The translations under genes were made by a program, and so were the position numbers. A stretch of DNA of 64,000 nucleotides, from NCBI RefSeq assembly GCF_964355755.1, contig NC_092672.1:16120001-16184000 (forward strand), given 5' to 3'. The stretch's first letter is position 1, and each line of letters opens with the position of its first letter. This document shows, in pieces, positions 1 to 12,515 of the stretch. The notes below the pieces were generated by a model, which made no database searches, was not told the DNA's origin, and saw only the letters and a list, made by a program, of their open reading frames with translations. This stretch comes from Antedon mediterranea. Its lineage: Eukaryota; Animalia; Echinodermata.

Positions 1-1021
1 TTAATATTCTATAGATTAACGCAATTTTTAATGACAGAAGATGGCAGGCAAATAATGATAATTCAAATATAAAAATTTTTTATTAACATTACCAACTACT
101 TAAAATTACCAGTCGTAAGAAAGTGAACTTTTCGTAGTCCGATTGTGATCGGAAACTAAAACAGAATTATTCAGCAATATATTTTTGTTCAATAGAACAT
201 TCAGACTGCGCATACGATTTCTACATGGTTACGTTTTGGTCTAAAAAAATTTAACAGTTGATTCGCAGCGTTTTACAGAGGGCCGCGGTTAGAGACACGG
301 AGTTCAATGAACGTGTTTGTTTGATTGGCAGCAGTGCTTTAGTATAGGCAAGCGCGTTGTAAAATCGTTTGATGTCACCGTCGATGCATATCCTTCTATT
401 CTTTAATCCATGGAACGATGTACAGTATTTGATTGAAGGTCGACTCGACCTACCGGAATGGTATAGATAATATAGCTCGAATGAGAGAGTTGGAATATTT
501 GTAAACATAAGTATTGCTTATTTTAACAAGTGTATAGCCTATAGTAAAAGGCCTGGTAGTATCAATTCGCAGAGGGTCTACTACACTAGCTAGCTCAATG
601 TTTAACTGGGCCGGATTGGCTAGGCTAGGTCTCCTTTCTACTACTACTTAGCCAGGTCTACTTGCGTGATGCAGTATTCGCTTTTTTGTAGAGTAAACTA
701 TTTTAGGCCTACTTAGACGATCGGGACACCATACGTGCGGACGGCGATCGGACGTTGTTTTGTCTCAATAACGTTTTAGGTTCAGATTGTTTAGGAGTTT
801 GGTTGATAGGATGGGATTGGAATCCACTGAGTTTTGTTATTTATGGGCCAATCGTCTAGTAGGCTAGCTAGGCCAATGGGCCCCAATGTTTTAACGTAGC
901 CATCGTGGCATGGAATCCCTAGTCAGATGGCTCTCACCTTATATTGGCGAAAAGTCGGGTGGCTATAGGCCGGGTGCCAAAAGGCCAGGTGGCAATGGCC
1001 TGGAACCCATGTACTCGCTAT

Positions 1022-3177
1022 GAATACAGGTCAACCCGTACCCATGCGAACTCGTACCCACATTTTGGCTTACTCGTACCCAAAATTTTGGCTCACCCGT
1101 ACCCATCATTGGCTGGCCCGTACCCAAGTTTAATGCTATTTAAAGTATATTTATATATTACAGTTAAACCCAGTTTTATTACATTTTTAGATCATATGTT
1201 CGATATTATAATGGCAAAAACTATTTACCAAGTATAATTTATGTACAGACTCGTACGAAAAAAGCACAGCTTTCATTGTATTTGGGTCGTAGTTAAATTA
1301 ATACTTGAGGGCGCTGTTTTACATGGAAGATGTCAGTGGTCGGCTGTGCTGCATTCTATTTTTTTTCCATTTATGAATAGTTATTGATCTATTATTTACT
1401 ACGAATAGCCTGTACATGGAAATTGAAATACCCACTAGTCGTGATGATGAAAACTTGAATTTATTTTATACATAGTTTGTATTTTCATTTTATTTTACAG
1501 ATAATGAAGTAATGTGCTTTTTGAAAATCATTTTAAAAATGGTTTTTGTTGTTTTGTTTTGCAAGTTTTGTTTTAACATTTCGAAAATATTTAATAAATT
1601 TTTAAGTAGTCACTCGTATTTTAAAATCACGAAACTATTTAAGTGGATACCAGCCTCATTTTTGCTGCTAAGGACCATTTTAGAATAATGAATCTAAGTA
1701 GATTATTGCCGTTTTTAAAACAAATTCCCTAGGACATGATGGATGTGAGAATAATAATAAAAGGTAGCCTCCAATAATTTAACATTTAATTACAAACGAC
1801 AACATTTGCTGTTATTACGTTTTCATTTTATAATGATTATTACTGTATTATTATGACTAAAAACCGAAATAAATACTACTAAAACTAAAAAAAAATCATC
1901 TTATCGCTGACAGATACGTAAGTACTCAGACACGTGTAGGTAGGCCTTCAGAACGTTTATATTATTTTAGTAAATAAGACGACATCCGTTGCCATGGAAA
2001 AACGAGTGTGGGTCATTTATTTGTCTTATTTGACACATTATAGAATGCGTATTTTTTTTTAAAAAAGGGAATCCCTCGTCAGCAAAAACACGTAGCTGTT
2101 TATTGAGGAAACATCTACCAAAAATGTTTAATTGCTGTAAACAAACAGATAATTTTACTGAATTATTTAAGGAAAAAAAAAAAAAGAAAACGATCGTACG
2201 CCACATTGCGTTGTCTATTTTTTTACACACTGTAGCTGTTATAGAAGAAAATCTGCCAAAAATGTTTAATTGCCTTAAAGTACGTGTATATGATCATTTC
2301 ACTGAATTATTAATAAATAAAATATGGAAAATGATCATACGTCATTTTTTGTTATAATAAAAGGTTAATCCCGGTCAGCAAAAACACGTAACACGAAATC
2401 TACGAGTAATTCGACCCCATAGCCCTGTGGGCTTTCTGATTAAAACAGGGCATCGTTAATTCAACCAATTTTAAATATACCAATACAATAGAAACAATAA
2501 TTACTTGATCGAATCATGGAGGTATCCTCCATGATCGAATGTAATCAGGGAAGATAATTAGGTGATAAGAATAAAAATTGATAAGTATAAAAATGATACG
2601 TTGTTGGTACTTTACCTGGGCTTAATTGAATTGTAATACTATACAACAGTAAAAATATTTTTTTATTAATTAATGTTCTTACTTACGTAAATAAAAAAAA
2701 CAAAAAACATACGTTTATAAAACTATAATACTACATTTAAATAAATGTTAACAAATATATGCCTAATTAAACGAAGTTTACAATCAAATCAATGGTCATT
2801 TTTATTAGCACACATTTCACCGAGACCTGTAAAATAAAAAAAACAATTTAAATATAAAAATATTCATACGTCAAAAGCATACCACTAGTTTTGCGCCGAT
2901 CAAATCATTACAAGTAGGCCTAATTATTCAAATTGGGTACGAGTAGTCCAAATAATGGGTACGAGTAAGCCAAAAATGGGTACGAGTAAGCCAAATAATG
3001 GGTACGAGTAAGCCAAATACTTGGGTACGAGTAAGCCAAATATTTAGGTACGAGTTGGTTTGGGTACGGGTTAGCCAAAGTGGGTACGAGTTGACCAATT
3101 ATTTGGGTACGGGTTAGCCAAGTTGGGTACGAGTTGGCATGGGTACGGGTTGGTTTGGGTACGGGTTGACCAGCACC
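1022..3177. mobile_element. Non-autonomous foldback DNA transposon (MULE/Rehavkus-like) with tandem CTCGTACCCA/CCCGTACCCA subterminal repeats, copy 1
   Basis: Ends GGTCAACCCGTACCC...GGGTACGGGTTGACC are inverted. Imperfect TSD ctcgctat/ctcactat. Colinear second copy at 41958-44104. Superfamily assignment is inferred. Confidence 0.75.
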
Positions 3178-3642
3178 TCTCACTATGCTAATTAAAGTTC
3201 ATGTGGGGCATTTTAGCATTGGTTTCACATGTGTATTCATTATTTTAATTAAGGTGGGTCATACAATTACCTTTGACCCTTCCTTAAGGGGTCATGGTAC
3301 AGGATTTTGTACTTAAGAATTACGTTTTCTCAGTTGGGTAAACATTCTTATTGTATTGTCGAAAGTTTCATTGATGTACTTGATCATGCGAAATCAAAAT
3401 GCTAATTAGTGCTTTCTTAAACGGACTAGGTACACTTAAGAATGATGGCTCTTCAATTAGACTCTAAAAATAACCATTTTAGCAGTGGTTTCATTTATGT
3501 ACTCGATTATTCTAATTAATTTGAATTTTGAGGTATTTTGAACGCCCTCCCTTGAGTTGGTACAGGGGCGGGAACTTAAGAATGGCTGTTTGATGGTCCC
3601 TGGACCCCACTTGACATATTCTAGACTTTTTTTTTTATATAA

Positions 3643-4097
3643 GGCCATACTGCGTTGAAACACTGGTTCTCGTCAGATCACCGAAGTTAAGCAACGTTGG
3701 GCCCGGTTGCGTTCTTGATGGGAGACCGTCTAGAAATCACGGCGAATGCTGTATATACTGCTGGTGAGTGATGGTGTAATGGTAATATCGGACTAGCATG
3801 TGATAGGCATGGGTTCGAGGTTATCTGTACCATACTAATTGCATCCTTAGGCAAGAAGCTTTACTCTCATTGCCTCATCCTTCGGATGGGATGTAAAGCC
3901 GTTGGTTCTGTGTACTTAACAGTGCACGTTAAAGAACTTGGTACACTATTCGAAAAGAGTAGGGGATCATCTCCGGGTGTGCTGATCTGGTAGGCACTGC
4001 ACTGCTGGCTGCCGTGGGTCCGTGGAGGGCCTAATCCAAATTTCCTCAGTTTCTAGAAGCTTGAGGACAAAAATAAATATCTTTACCTTTTTTACCT
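3643..4097 (+). mobile_element. Composite SINE: 5S rRNA-derived head + tRNA-like segment + CORE-like + Deu-domain-like body
   Basis: 3643-3753 resembles 5S rRNA (GGCCATAC..GGTTCTCGTCAGATCACCGAAGTTAAGCAAC). A/B-box-like TGGTGTAATGG and GGTTCGAG follow, then CCTTAGGCAAG, then GGATGGGATGTAAAGCC..GCACGTTAAAGAAC..CACTATTCGAAAAGAGTAGGGG. Tail is CTTTAC-type. Confidence 0.75.
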
Positions 4098-5507
4098 CTT
4101 TTTTTGTACTGCAATGCTAAACAAATCTTCATGGATTATATGTATCACACAAAAATCATTTTAAGATCAATGGTAAAATATGTGCACTAAATCGACTCAT
4201 CTCTCAGACTATTATGAGGACATGCTGATTTCATAGACGTTAGGGGTGTGAATATTTTGTTTTGGTTGTTAATGAAGAATTATTGTCTGCAAGAAATCAC
4301 GCTTATTAATTACCAAATACATAGTAGATATTTTTTTTATTCCTGACAGTGATACGTGGGAGTTGTTACTGTTGTTGACCTTTGGATGTTATAATTTTGG
4401 TTAGGCTATCAAGTTTCGAATGGCTAATCTGGGGTGGATCCAGACATTTTCTAAAGGGGGAATCCAGAAAAAAGGGCACTTCAACAATTTTCATAATATT
4501 TTTTTTATTAGGCAATGATGCAGCGTGCATTCATATTCTTTACGTAGGTATTTATGACTTTGAACAGATCGTGTTTGTATGTGATAAATATGAGACACAC
4601 GAACCGTTAAAAATAATATCCAGAATTTTGAATTGGGGGGTATTTTGGGCCACCACAGGTATAGGAAATTTTGGGAATGTGAACCTATTTGCTCTGAAAT
4701 TTCACTCTCAAACTAAAAAATCTAGGTATTGGTTATTTTGTTATATAAGTCTCCAAGACCAGCCCTTCTACCAGGGTTGGGGCAGAGCTGAGAACATTTA
4801 TAAAAATAGAGCTGCTAGGTCCCTGGAAATTGCAGTTTACATTGAAATATGAAACGAAATTATAAGTCTACAGGACCATCCCACCATGGTTGGGGTGGAG
4901 TTGCAGAACTAAGACAATTTTGAAAAATAGAGCTGTTTAGGTCCCCGGAAAATGCACTTATTATACTTCGACATATGAAATGAAATTTATAAGTATCCAG
5001 CACCAACTCTATGGTTGAGGCTGAGCTAAGAAACTTTTTAACAGACCCCATCTAAAACGTAATATTGTGTAGGGTCTAAAAAAACTAGGTATGATTACTT
5101 TATTCAGAAAAATGACAGTAAAGATGGATTTGAAAAAAAATAATTGATACCCCCAGATCTATGAAATTAGCGCCGACCATTCGCCATTAAATCAACAATT
5201 GAGCTATTTGAGCTATACGGTACCATCTTCGAGACTTGATATGGCTGCATCCGGTTTGAAATTAAAAAATCCGGCTCTATAGCTTTGAGGAAATGTCCCT
5301 GTAGTATATGCATGCCAAATCCCAGAGCTCAATATTAATAAGGGAGGAGTAGTACTTTATAAATCGCACTTTTTACTCAATAGTGTCCGGATGAAGAGGT
5401 GAAAATTTGAGAAAGTCCTAAACTCAGGTGCCCCGAGTAATAAAACGAGATATACTCTATACCATATTACGTATACAGTATATTTCACCATAAAGTTTTA
5501 AAAAATA

Positions 5508-5579
5508 GGTTTCGCCAGGGTTCAAACCGGGGACCTTCTGTGTGTTAAGCAGACGTGATAACCACTACACTACAAAACC
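5508..5579 (-). pseudogene. tRNA-Val(AAC)-like degenerate copy
   Basis: Reverse complement GGTTTTGTAGTGTAGTGGTTATCACGTCTGCTTAACACACAGAAGGTCCCCGGTTTGAACCCTGGCGAAACC. Anticodon stem and T-arm carry mismatches. Confidence 0.75.
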
Positions 5580-5798
5580 TCTTCCACCAAAAATGTGGGT
5601 TACACAAAGTTTTTTAATCAATCCATTTAAATTACAAATAAATATGGTAATAAGCACAAAGCAAAATAAACATGTGTAAAAGTGATAATTACCGATTACA
5701 CAAAATAAGTATTTAAAAAAATAATAAAAATAAGATATACTGTATATCTCATTGCGTATACCGGTACTGTATTTTTCACCATAAAGTTAAAAAAAATA

Positions 5799-5869
5799 GG
5801 TTTCGCCCGGGCTCAAACCGGGAACCTACTGCATGTTAAGCAGAGTGATAACCACTACACCACGAAGCC
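5799..5869 (-). pseudogene. tRNA-Val(AAC)-like degenerate copy
   Basis: Same body as 5508-5579 with more substitutions and a deletion. Confidence 0.7.
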
Positions 5870-6322
5870 GCTTACAATAACATAACAATGTGGTATGGGT
5901 TACACATTGTGGCTTCTTAATGAAACAAATTAATTAACAAAAAAGCACGAATGTGCGATACTCGGGTACAGCAGAAGAAGCTGTAGTGACGTTATAAGAC
6001 GGGATGTGACGTCACATACACATCAATAACCTCGCTACCAAATACGGCTATACGGTACGATCTTCGAGATGTCATATGGCTGCATCCGGTTTGAAATTAA
6101 AAAATCCGTCTTTATAGCTTTGAGGACATCATGTCCCTGTAGTATATTCATGCCAAATCCCAGCTCAATACTACAATGAATAAGGGAGGAGTAGTACTTT
6201 TATAAATCGCACTTTTTACTCAATAGTGTCCAGATGGAGGAGAAGATGAGTGAGTCCTAGACTCGGATACCTCAAGTAAAAAGTTGAATGGCAATGATCA
6301 CAATGTCTTTCAAATACTTTAA

Positions 6323-6947
6323 AGCCCCATTCCCTACGTTTTTTAGATCTAATTTAAGATCACAAACTATATTTAATGTAAAAATAATACTATATGGTCC
6401 TATTGCGATAACTTTTTTCGTCTTTAAACGGTTAAAAATGTGAAAAATAAGTCGATTTTAATAATTATAGCGGCCTGCTATAAATCCCAAAATGCATTGC
6501 GCGCGGATTGATATTTTTGTTTTCACCTGTAATTCGCCCACTTTTCGATCGATCGTGAGGCCAAAACAAATGGAAGACTCCTAACTTTTCAGCGAAAATA
6601 CCGGGTTTTCCCCAATTTGTATCAACGGAGTCTGGCAAAAATAGAAAGACAATTAATGCAGCAACTATACAACGTCAGGCTAGGTATATAGCTAGCGTAC
6701 GATGTTCGTACGTTACCGATGTTTACCAGCTAGGCCTACAAAACTAAGCCTAGCCAGGCTAGGCCTAAGACCGTCCACGAGAGGTCGATCGCCGCGAGCT
6801 ACTTAGGTAGTGCATTGTTTCTCACTTTTTATCATAATTTACCATAAAACGTACATTTAAGACAAGGAATGACATGGTTTAATGTTTTTAAAGTGATATA
6901 TATGTATTATTTTCCAAAAAACGTCCAAAATTGCAGGGAAGGGGTCT
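6323..6947. mobile_element. Kolobok-like non-autonomous element (625 bp)
   Basis: TTAA on both sides; AG...CT termini (AGCCCCATTCCCTAC / GCAGGGAAGGGGTCT). Near-identical copy at 56665-57290. Confidence 0.8.
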
Positions 6948-8683
6948 TTAACTTAGTCCTAATAAGCTTTTCAGTGTGATCACTCATCTGTGATGTCATT
7001 TATACGCCATTTTGTGAAATCTCCATAATTCATTATCACATATTAATGAAATTCGCTACAGTAAACTTCAGGTCAAGGGTAAAAATATTAGTACGGTATT
7101 TGATCAATTTAGAGCATGAATTAGGACAATTGCGTGTTTTAAAAATGTATTATACTTCGATATATGAAATAAAATTTATAAGTATCCAGCACCAACTCTA
7201 TGGTTGAGGCTGAGCTAAGAAACTTTTTAACAGACCCCCCCTCTAAAACGTAATATTGTGTAGGGCGTCTGCAGTGTTTTGAGGTCACGTCGCTGTTTTT
7301 GTAAGACTCCATCTGACACTCAATTTAGATGTTTACCGTGTATAAAATGTAAACATTGAGAAGTTTTTTGGGGTCTTTGAGAATAGAAACCCATGCGCTT
7401 TGAGTCTCTGGTGTCTGCAGTGATTTTCATTACCTCTAAAAAAAAGGAACCCCGTGGACACCCCCCTGGATCCGCCCCAGCTAATTGGCCATAAGCCTAG
7501 GCCTTGTTGTTTTACTGTAGCTGCTACCTGTATTGAAAATAGTATTAATGCGGTAGTTGCACACGCAGCTGTGCTGCCTTGTGTGTTTTCTTGCTTGTTT
7601 TGTTTGTTGGTGTTTTACAGACTTTACCAAATAATAAAGTACGGTATAGTAACTACCACAAGTTCGTGTATCGTCTGTATTAATACCATAGTCATACTTT
7701 ATTACTATATCACCACAATATTTCTACAATTCAATAAAATTACATACAATACTGTACTATAGATAAATCGAAGATGTATAATATACAATTTAAAAAGTCA
7801 GTTGCATAAAGTGAAGACAATTTACATTTTAACTTTCTTTTTTAGGCTGCATAAAACGTATTTTCTTTATTTAGTGTAAAAAACTGTACAAACTGACAAC
7901 GCCAAGCCCCGGAAAGCGCGATTATTGTTCGTCAAATAATACAGTTGGAATTTTCGTTCTATGAATGAATGGGCGTGTCAAGATTTACAAATGATCTAGC
8001 TCCATAACCCATTGTTCAATACATTTAGGCTGGAGCACGCTGTATCATGAGTCCTGACTTTTAGCAAGAAGTAGCTTGTAAACAGTTACTGTACGTGATT
8101 GACCCTCGCAGAATATTGACACACGCTTTTTTCCGAATATTTTCCGCGGCCAGTACGAGTGCAAGGCAGATGTTTTCTGGATGGTACAGTATCAAGTTTA
8201 TGCTCAGGATAGATATTATATATTGCGTAGCGGTGAAATATAAGAATTTGACATTCCTAAGAGAATGATGTTTTTTTTGAGAAAAAATATACTCAAAATA
8301 TATAGTCCCAAGGGGAGTTTCACCTATATAAAAGGCGATATCTGTTATATTATATAGCAAAATGTCAGTAGAATATCTGCTGGGTCGGCTAGGCAAGGTT
8401 CTATCCTAGTTAGTTGCGAAGAATGAACAGGCAAATAATTACTAATAAATAATTCATTGGCAATAAAATATTCATTTAGGCATTGTACATTAACAAAAGA
8501 ATTTCCATCAATAATTCTACACTTTAAAGCAATAAAATGACTAAGTAGTTCGAATAATTAGTAAAAATTCGTCTTCTTTTAGCGCGCTGCATGTACGAGG
8601 TTGGTCTTGGGATTATTGGCCAATTACATTCACGTATTTAGATAGGCTATATAATATAACCTTTTAAATGACATCATACTCAC

Positions 8684-8751
8684 GTTGTTGATGGCAGTGC
8701 AGGTACACAATATCACCAAGGTTGACACAAATTGCATAATCCCAGTAAACA
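8684..8751 (-). CDS. SGSM1/2: SGSM1/2 exon (VYWDYAICVNLGDIVYLHCHQQ)
   Basis: Matches SGSM SVYWDYA...IVYLHCHQQ. Acceptor tttcag, donor gtgagt; 68 bp, phase 2 to 1. Next exon not found in 1-8683. Confidence 0.92.
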
Positions 8752-11089
8752 CTGAAATACAAGTTCAATGGTTAGTTATTATAACCATTAAATATGTAAA
8801 CCAAATAACTATTAATATAAATTCTTTTGTAGATATTTCGAGAAAGGTTGTAATTAAACAGATTCATTTTACTTTAAAATCTTTAACACACAATTCAAAT
8901 TTTGAAATAAAACATGCCAAAATAAATTTAAAGTAGTACAAATTTCCTTAAAATTAGTAAAAAGAAATGTTAGATAAAGTATAGCCGATATCCAATGTCT
9001 ATCCATTTGAAATAATGTGCTACTCGATATTCCGTATAGAGTATCAATAATGTACAGTACAATTATATCAATTTGATTGTGCTATCTATTTGAAATAATA
9101 TGCTGTCTGTTTGAAATAATTCTTAATTAAATTTTTTTATTTTAAACATGTTGTGCTATTCATTTTAAACATTGTGCTAAACAAGATACATATATTTGAT
9201 ATTACTGTATATTCAAATAATAAAAACACAATTGATTTATTCCAGGCTTGGTCTTCTGTTTATATCGTAGCTCCATCAGTCGTATTCGGTGACTTCCCCA
9301 CAAGTGTTTTCTCAGAGCAGTGTCATATGGTGTTCCATATGCTATTTTTAAATAATGTACCAACAATGAATACCAAGATATTAATTCTGTACAGAGAAAG
9401 CTCGAGCAGAAATTAAGCACTACTTTTGCCAACAAATATTTACAATCTAAAGCTTGGAAGTAAGCGTTACTTTTGTCAACAACAAAAAATGCAGCATAGA
9501 ACATCTAAAATGATGTACAATTTTTTACAAACACAGAATTAATATTATTCATTCATAACTTTTAAGAGCGATTGATTACAAATATCAACCTATTTCATAA
9601 AAAAGTGGCCAAATGGCAAAAAAAAATTTCGCCACAAAAATGTGTAACCAAACCAAAAAAGATTGATTGACCACCATAAACCAATTTCTGAAGTAAAATT
9701 CTCTGGACCTCAAAGTGCACACGAACGTTGATCAAGCTACTAGAGTACTTTCACTCTGAAAATCTATTTTTTTTACTTGACCACCTACTGTAAAGGTCGA
9801 TATTTATAGACAACTGCTCTTAAATATTTCAATGGCATAAGCAAAGTCAATCAGGCTCGGACCTTCAATAAAAAAGGGCCTTAAAAAACTAAATTACTAT
9901 GTTAGGCCACATTTCCATAATTTATCAAAACCCGTCGAACCTTCCCTGCTAGTAATTAATATAAGAAGGTATAGCCAAAATCATTAGAAAAAAACAGAAT
10001 AAAACATGGCAAGATTTAATTTTGTATTTTTTTTTCTCTTTTGTGGGTTTAGCCCACTTTTTTCATTATTCCATTAAATGACAAAGAATACAAGGATTAA
10101 ATATTTAAAAAATGTGTTTATAACATGTATGTACATAATATGGTTAAAAGTGATCTTTTTAAAACATATCTTAATTGGATATCTTTTAATACAAAATTGG
10201 TTTTATTGGCAAAAACCCTCTTATAAAATTATAAAATTATACAATTTTGTATTTTTATAGTACTATACAGATATTGCCTGTTAGAGGTTAAATACAAGAT
10301 TTGACATCCCCGAGGGAATGATATTTTGTTCGATGGAATATTATTTCCCAAAGCGTTAATAGACAGGGGCCATTTCTCAAAATACGGCCTAGAAAACGAA
10401 TCAAGAAGCATCTTTGGGTAGAAGTTGGGATCCACTTGATTTAGGATATTTCGACCTCGCTTATTACGAATATGGCGGATCCCAAGCGAAATTCGGCCAT
10501 CTAGGCCCTTAATTTGCATAATTAAAAATGGCGGCCATTTTTTATAATTACCCTATATCTCGAGAACCACTAGTCACAGATAATTAATTTTGGTCTCAAA
10601 ATATTTTAAATATATGTTTTTATATTCATATTAATGACACATTTTCTCAAAAAATGGATGCAAGTCTTATTTCTGACATTTTGACCTTTGACCTTGATTT
10701 ATCGTATCTCAGTCACCAATAATCGGAGAGACACGAAATAGGGCTCAAATTGTTCAGAAAGTATACATTCATATTTATTATAATGAAATTTTTTTACAAA
10801 AAATGGCCGATTCTACAACTATTGACCTTTGAACTATTAGTCAAATATAATAATATAATAATAATATAACTTTGAAAATTGTGGTATTATGAATTTTTTT
10901 TTCTTTTTAAATTGTTTAAAACATGTGTGTTTCTATCCAGTCTAATGGCACATTTTGTACAAGAATGGCCGATAGTATGGTTATTGACCTTTAAACTACA
11001 GCATAGGCCTACTGTATACTAAATATAATATAATTGCATAACTATGAAATTATTTATACACAATAATAATTAGTAAAATTATAAAATGC

Positions 11090-11612
11090 ACTGCCATCAA
11101 ATATGATGTGTTATGATTTATATAGATTTAAAAAAAAATTTGAACACGCAAGTTACATTTGTTGAAATTTGAAATTTAAAATTTGAAATTACCTGCCATC
11201 AATATGATGGAGTATGATTATAGATTTTTTTAAATGTGAACATGTCAGCTACATTTGGAAATTACCTGCCATCAATATGATGGATGATGGATTATGATTA
11301 TAGATTTAAAAAAGAATTTGAACACGTAAGGTACATTTGAAAATTACCTGCCATCAATATGATGGATTATGATTATAGATTTAAAAAAGAATTTGAACAC
11401 GTCAGCTACATTTGGTAATTTGGAAATTACCTGCCATCAATATGATGGATTATGATTGTATAGTACCTGCCATCAATATGATGGATTATGATTATAGATT
11501 TAAAAAAGAATTTGAACACGTAAGCTACATTTGAAAATGACCTGCCATCAATATGATGGATTATGATTGTATAGATTTAAAAGAAAATGTGAACACGTAA
11601 GCTACATTTGGA
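11090..11612. repeat. Minisatellite, ~65-75 bp unit (ACCTGCCATCAATATGATGGATTATGATT...GAACACGTAAGCTACATTTG)
   Basis: About 7 full or partial tandem copies visible. Confidence 0.85.
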
Positions 11613-11853
11613 ATGTGGTTTCAGCAAAACGCAAACTTCTCCCCTGAGCAACGTGCCAAAGACATTTTTGACATTCCATTTTCAACACGTGTACCTCTCT
11701 CGCAAATATACAGCAAGGTCAAAATTCATGACTGGGTTTATGTTCTATTGAACATAGTGTCTCTAATTAGTATTCTATTTCACAAACCTAACTATTTGTT
11801 ATGTAATCTCTATTGACAACAAATAACATTTTAACGAACACTTGCTAGTATAC

Positions 11854-11987
11854 CTTCTGTCAGCCTCTTCTCCATCACTGGAGTTAGTGCTTCCATTCAT
11901 CAACTGGTTCGGCGTCCACTTAATGGTTAACAAGTCAGCTGATTGGTGTAATGATAAGTACCCTGGAGTTTGTTCAACATCTTCCTT
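11854..11987 (-). CDS. SGSM1/2: SGSM1/2 exon, PH-like Rab-binding domain (KEDVEQTPGYLSLHQSADLLTIKWTPNQLMNG...)
   Basis: PGYLSLHQ...KWTPNQLMNG motif. Acceptor tttacag, donor gtatac; 134 bp, phase 0 to 2. Confidence 0.94.
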
Positions 11988-12386
11988 CTGTAAATATATT
12001 ATTTGTTTAATAATATACAATGATTAAAGCAATTAGTAAGGTAATAGACAAATTAAAAAGTGGTAAGATGAAAGAACTATCCTCTAGCCTATGCAAAAGC
12101 ACCGCTGTCAATCATACACAAACGCCTTCTTTGAATACCATATAGTGATATCGTCAATATAATATAAAATCTTTTAACATCGTCATGACAGGAGACATTG
12201 TAAAGTACCTTTCATCAAATACTGATGCAAGTCTTTCTCTTTTATTTGTACATGATATGTGGAGTATAATTATGAAAGTCCCAAATTTACCCATTCTTAC
12301 TTAAATTAACAAAAATAATGATCAATCAATATGATAGATTATCTTTATTAATCGAAAGAAAAATGAAATATCAACATTGGACTTAC

Positions 12387-12515
12387 TGGTTGAACAAGAA
12401 CATTATTTTTCCCATACAGTAATGTTGCTCTTGAATTCTGATGTAGTGATTCTACATAATCTTTTGCTGACATCTGAACACAGTTATCACTATTACTCGT
12501 TGTCATTTTTCTCGA
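12387..12515 (-). CDS. SGSM1/2: SGSM1/2 exon (SRKMTT...AKDYVESLHQNSRATLLYGKNNVLVQP)
   Basis: DYVESLHQNSRATLLYGKNNVLVQP is the hallmark SGSM1/2 segment. Acceptor atacag, donor gtaagt; 129 bp, phase 0 to 0. Confidence 0.95.

Larger units (their letters stand above)
5210..6282 (-). mobile_element. Helentron-associated (HINE/DINE-1-like) units flanking two tRNA-Val-like copies
   Basis: Complete unit at ~5937-6282 with subTIR, 3' hairpin GCACATTCGTGC and T-tract. Second left end at ~5445. Homologous, inverted, to 45691-47248. Confidence 0.65.
4429..7480. mobile_element. hAT-like non-autonomous element (TIR CTGGGGYGGATCCAG) hosting nested insertions
   Basis: 15-bp inverted termini with one mismatch. 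Flanks share only CTAAT, not a canonical 8-bp TSD. Internal ~110-bp direct repeat at 4960-5073 and 7150-7265. Confidence 0.45.

Noticed and set aside
944-3183. ORFs rich in PYP/LVP/TRT (also 41876 and 43825)
   Set aside because: They are translations of the subterminal CTCGTACCC tandem repeats, not proteins.
3643-3753. Functional 5S rRNA gene
   Set aside because: 5' end is missing, box C and the 3' stem are altered, there is no T-run terminator, and it runs into a SINE body.
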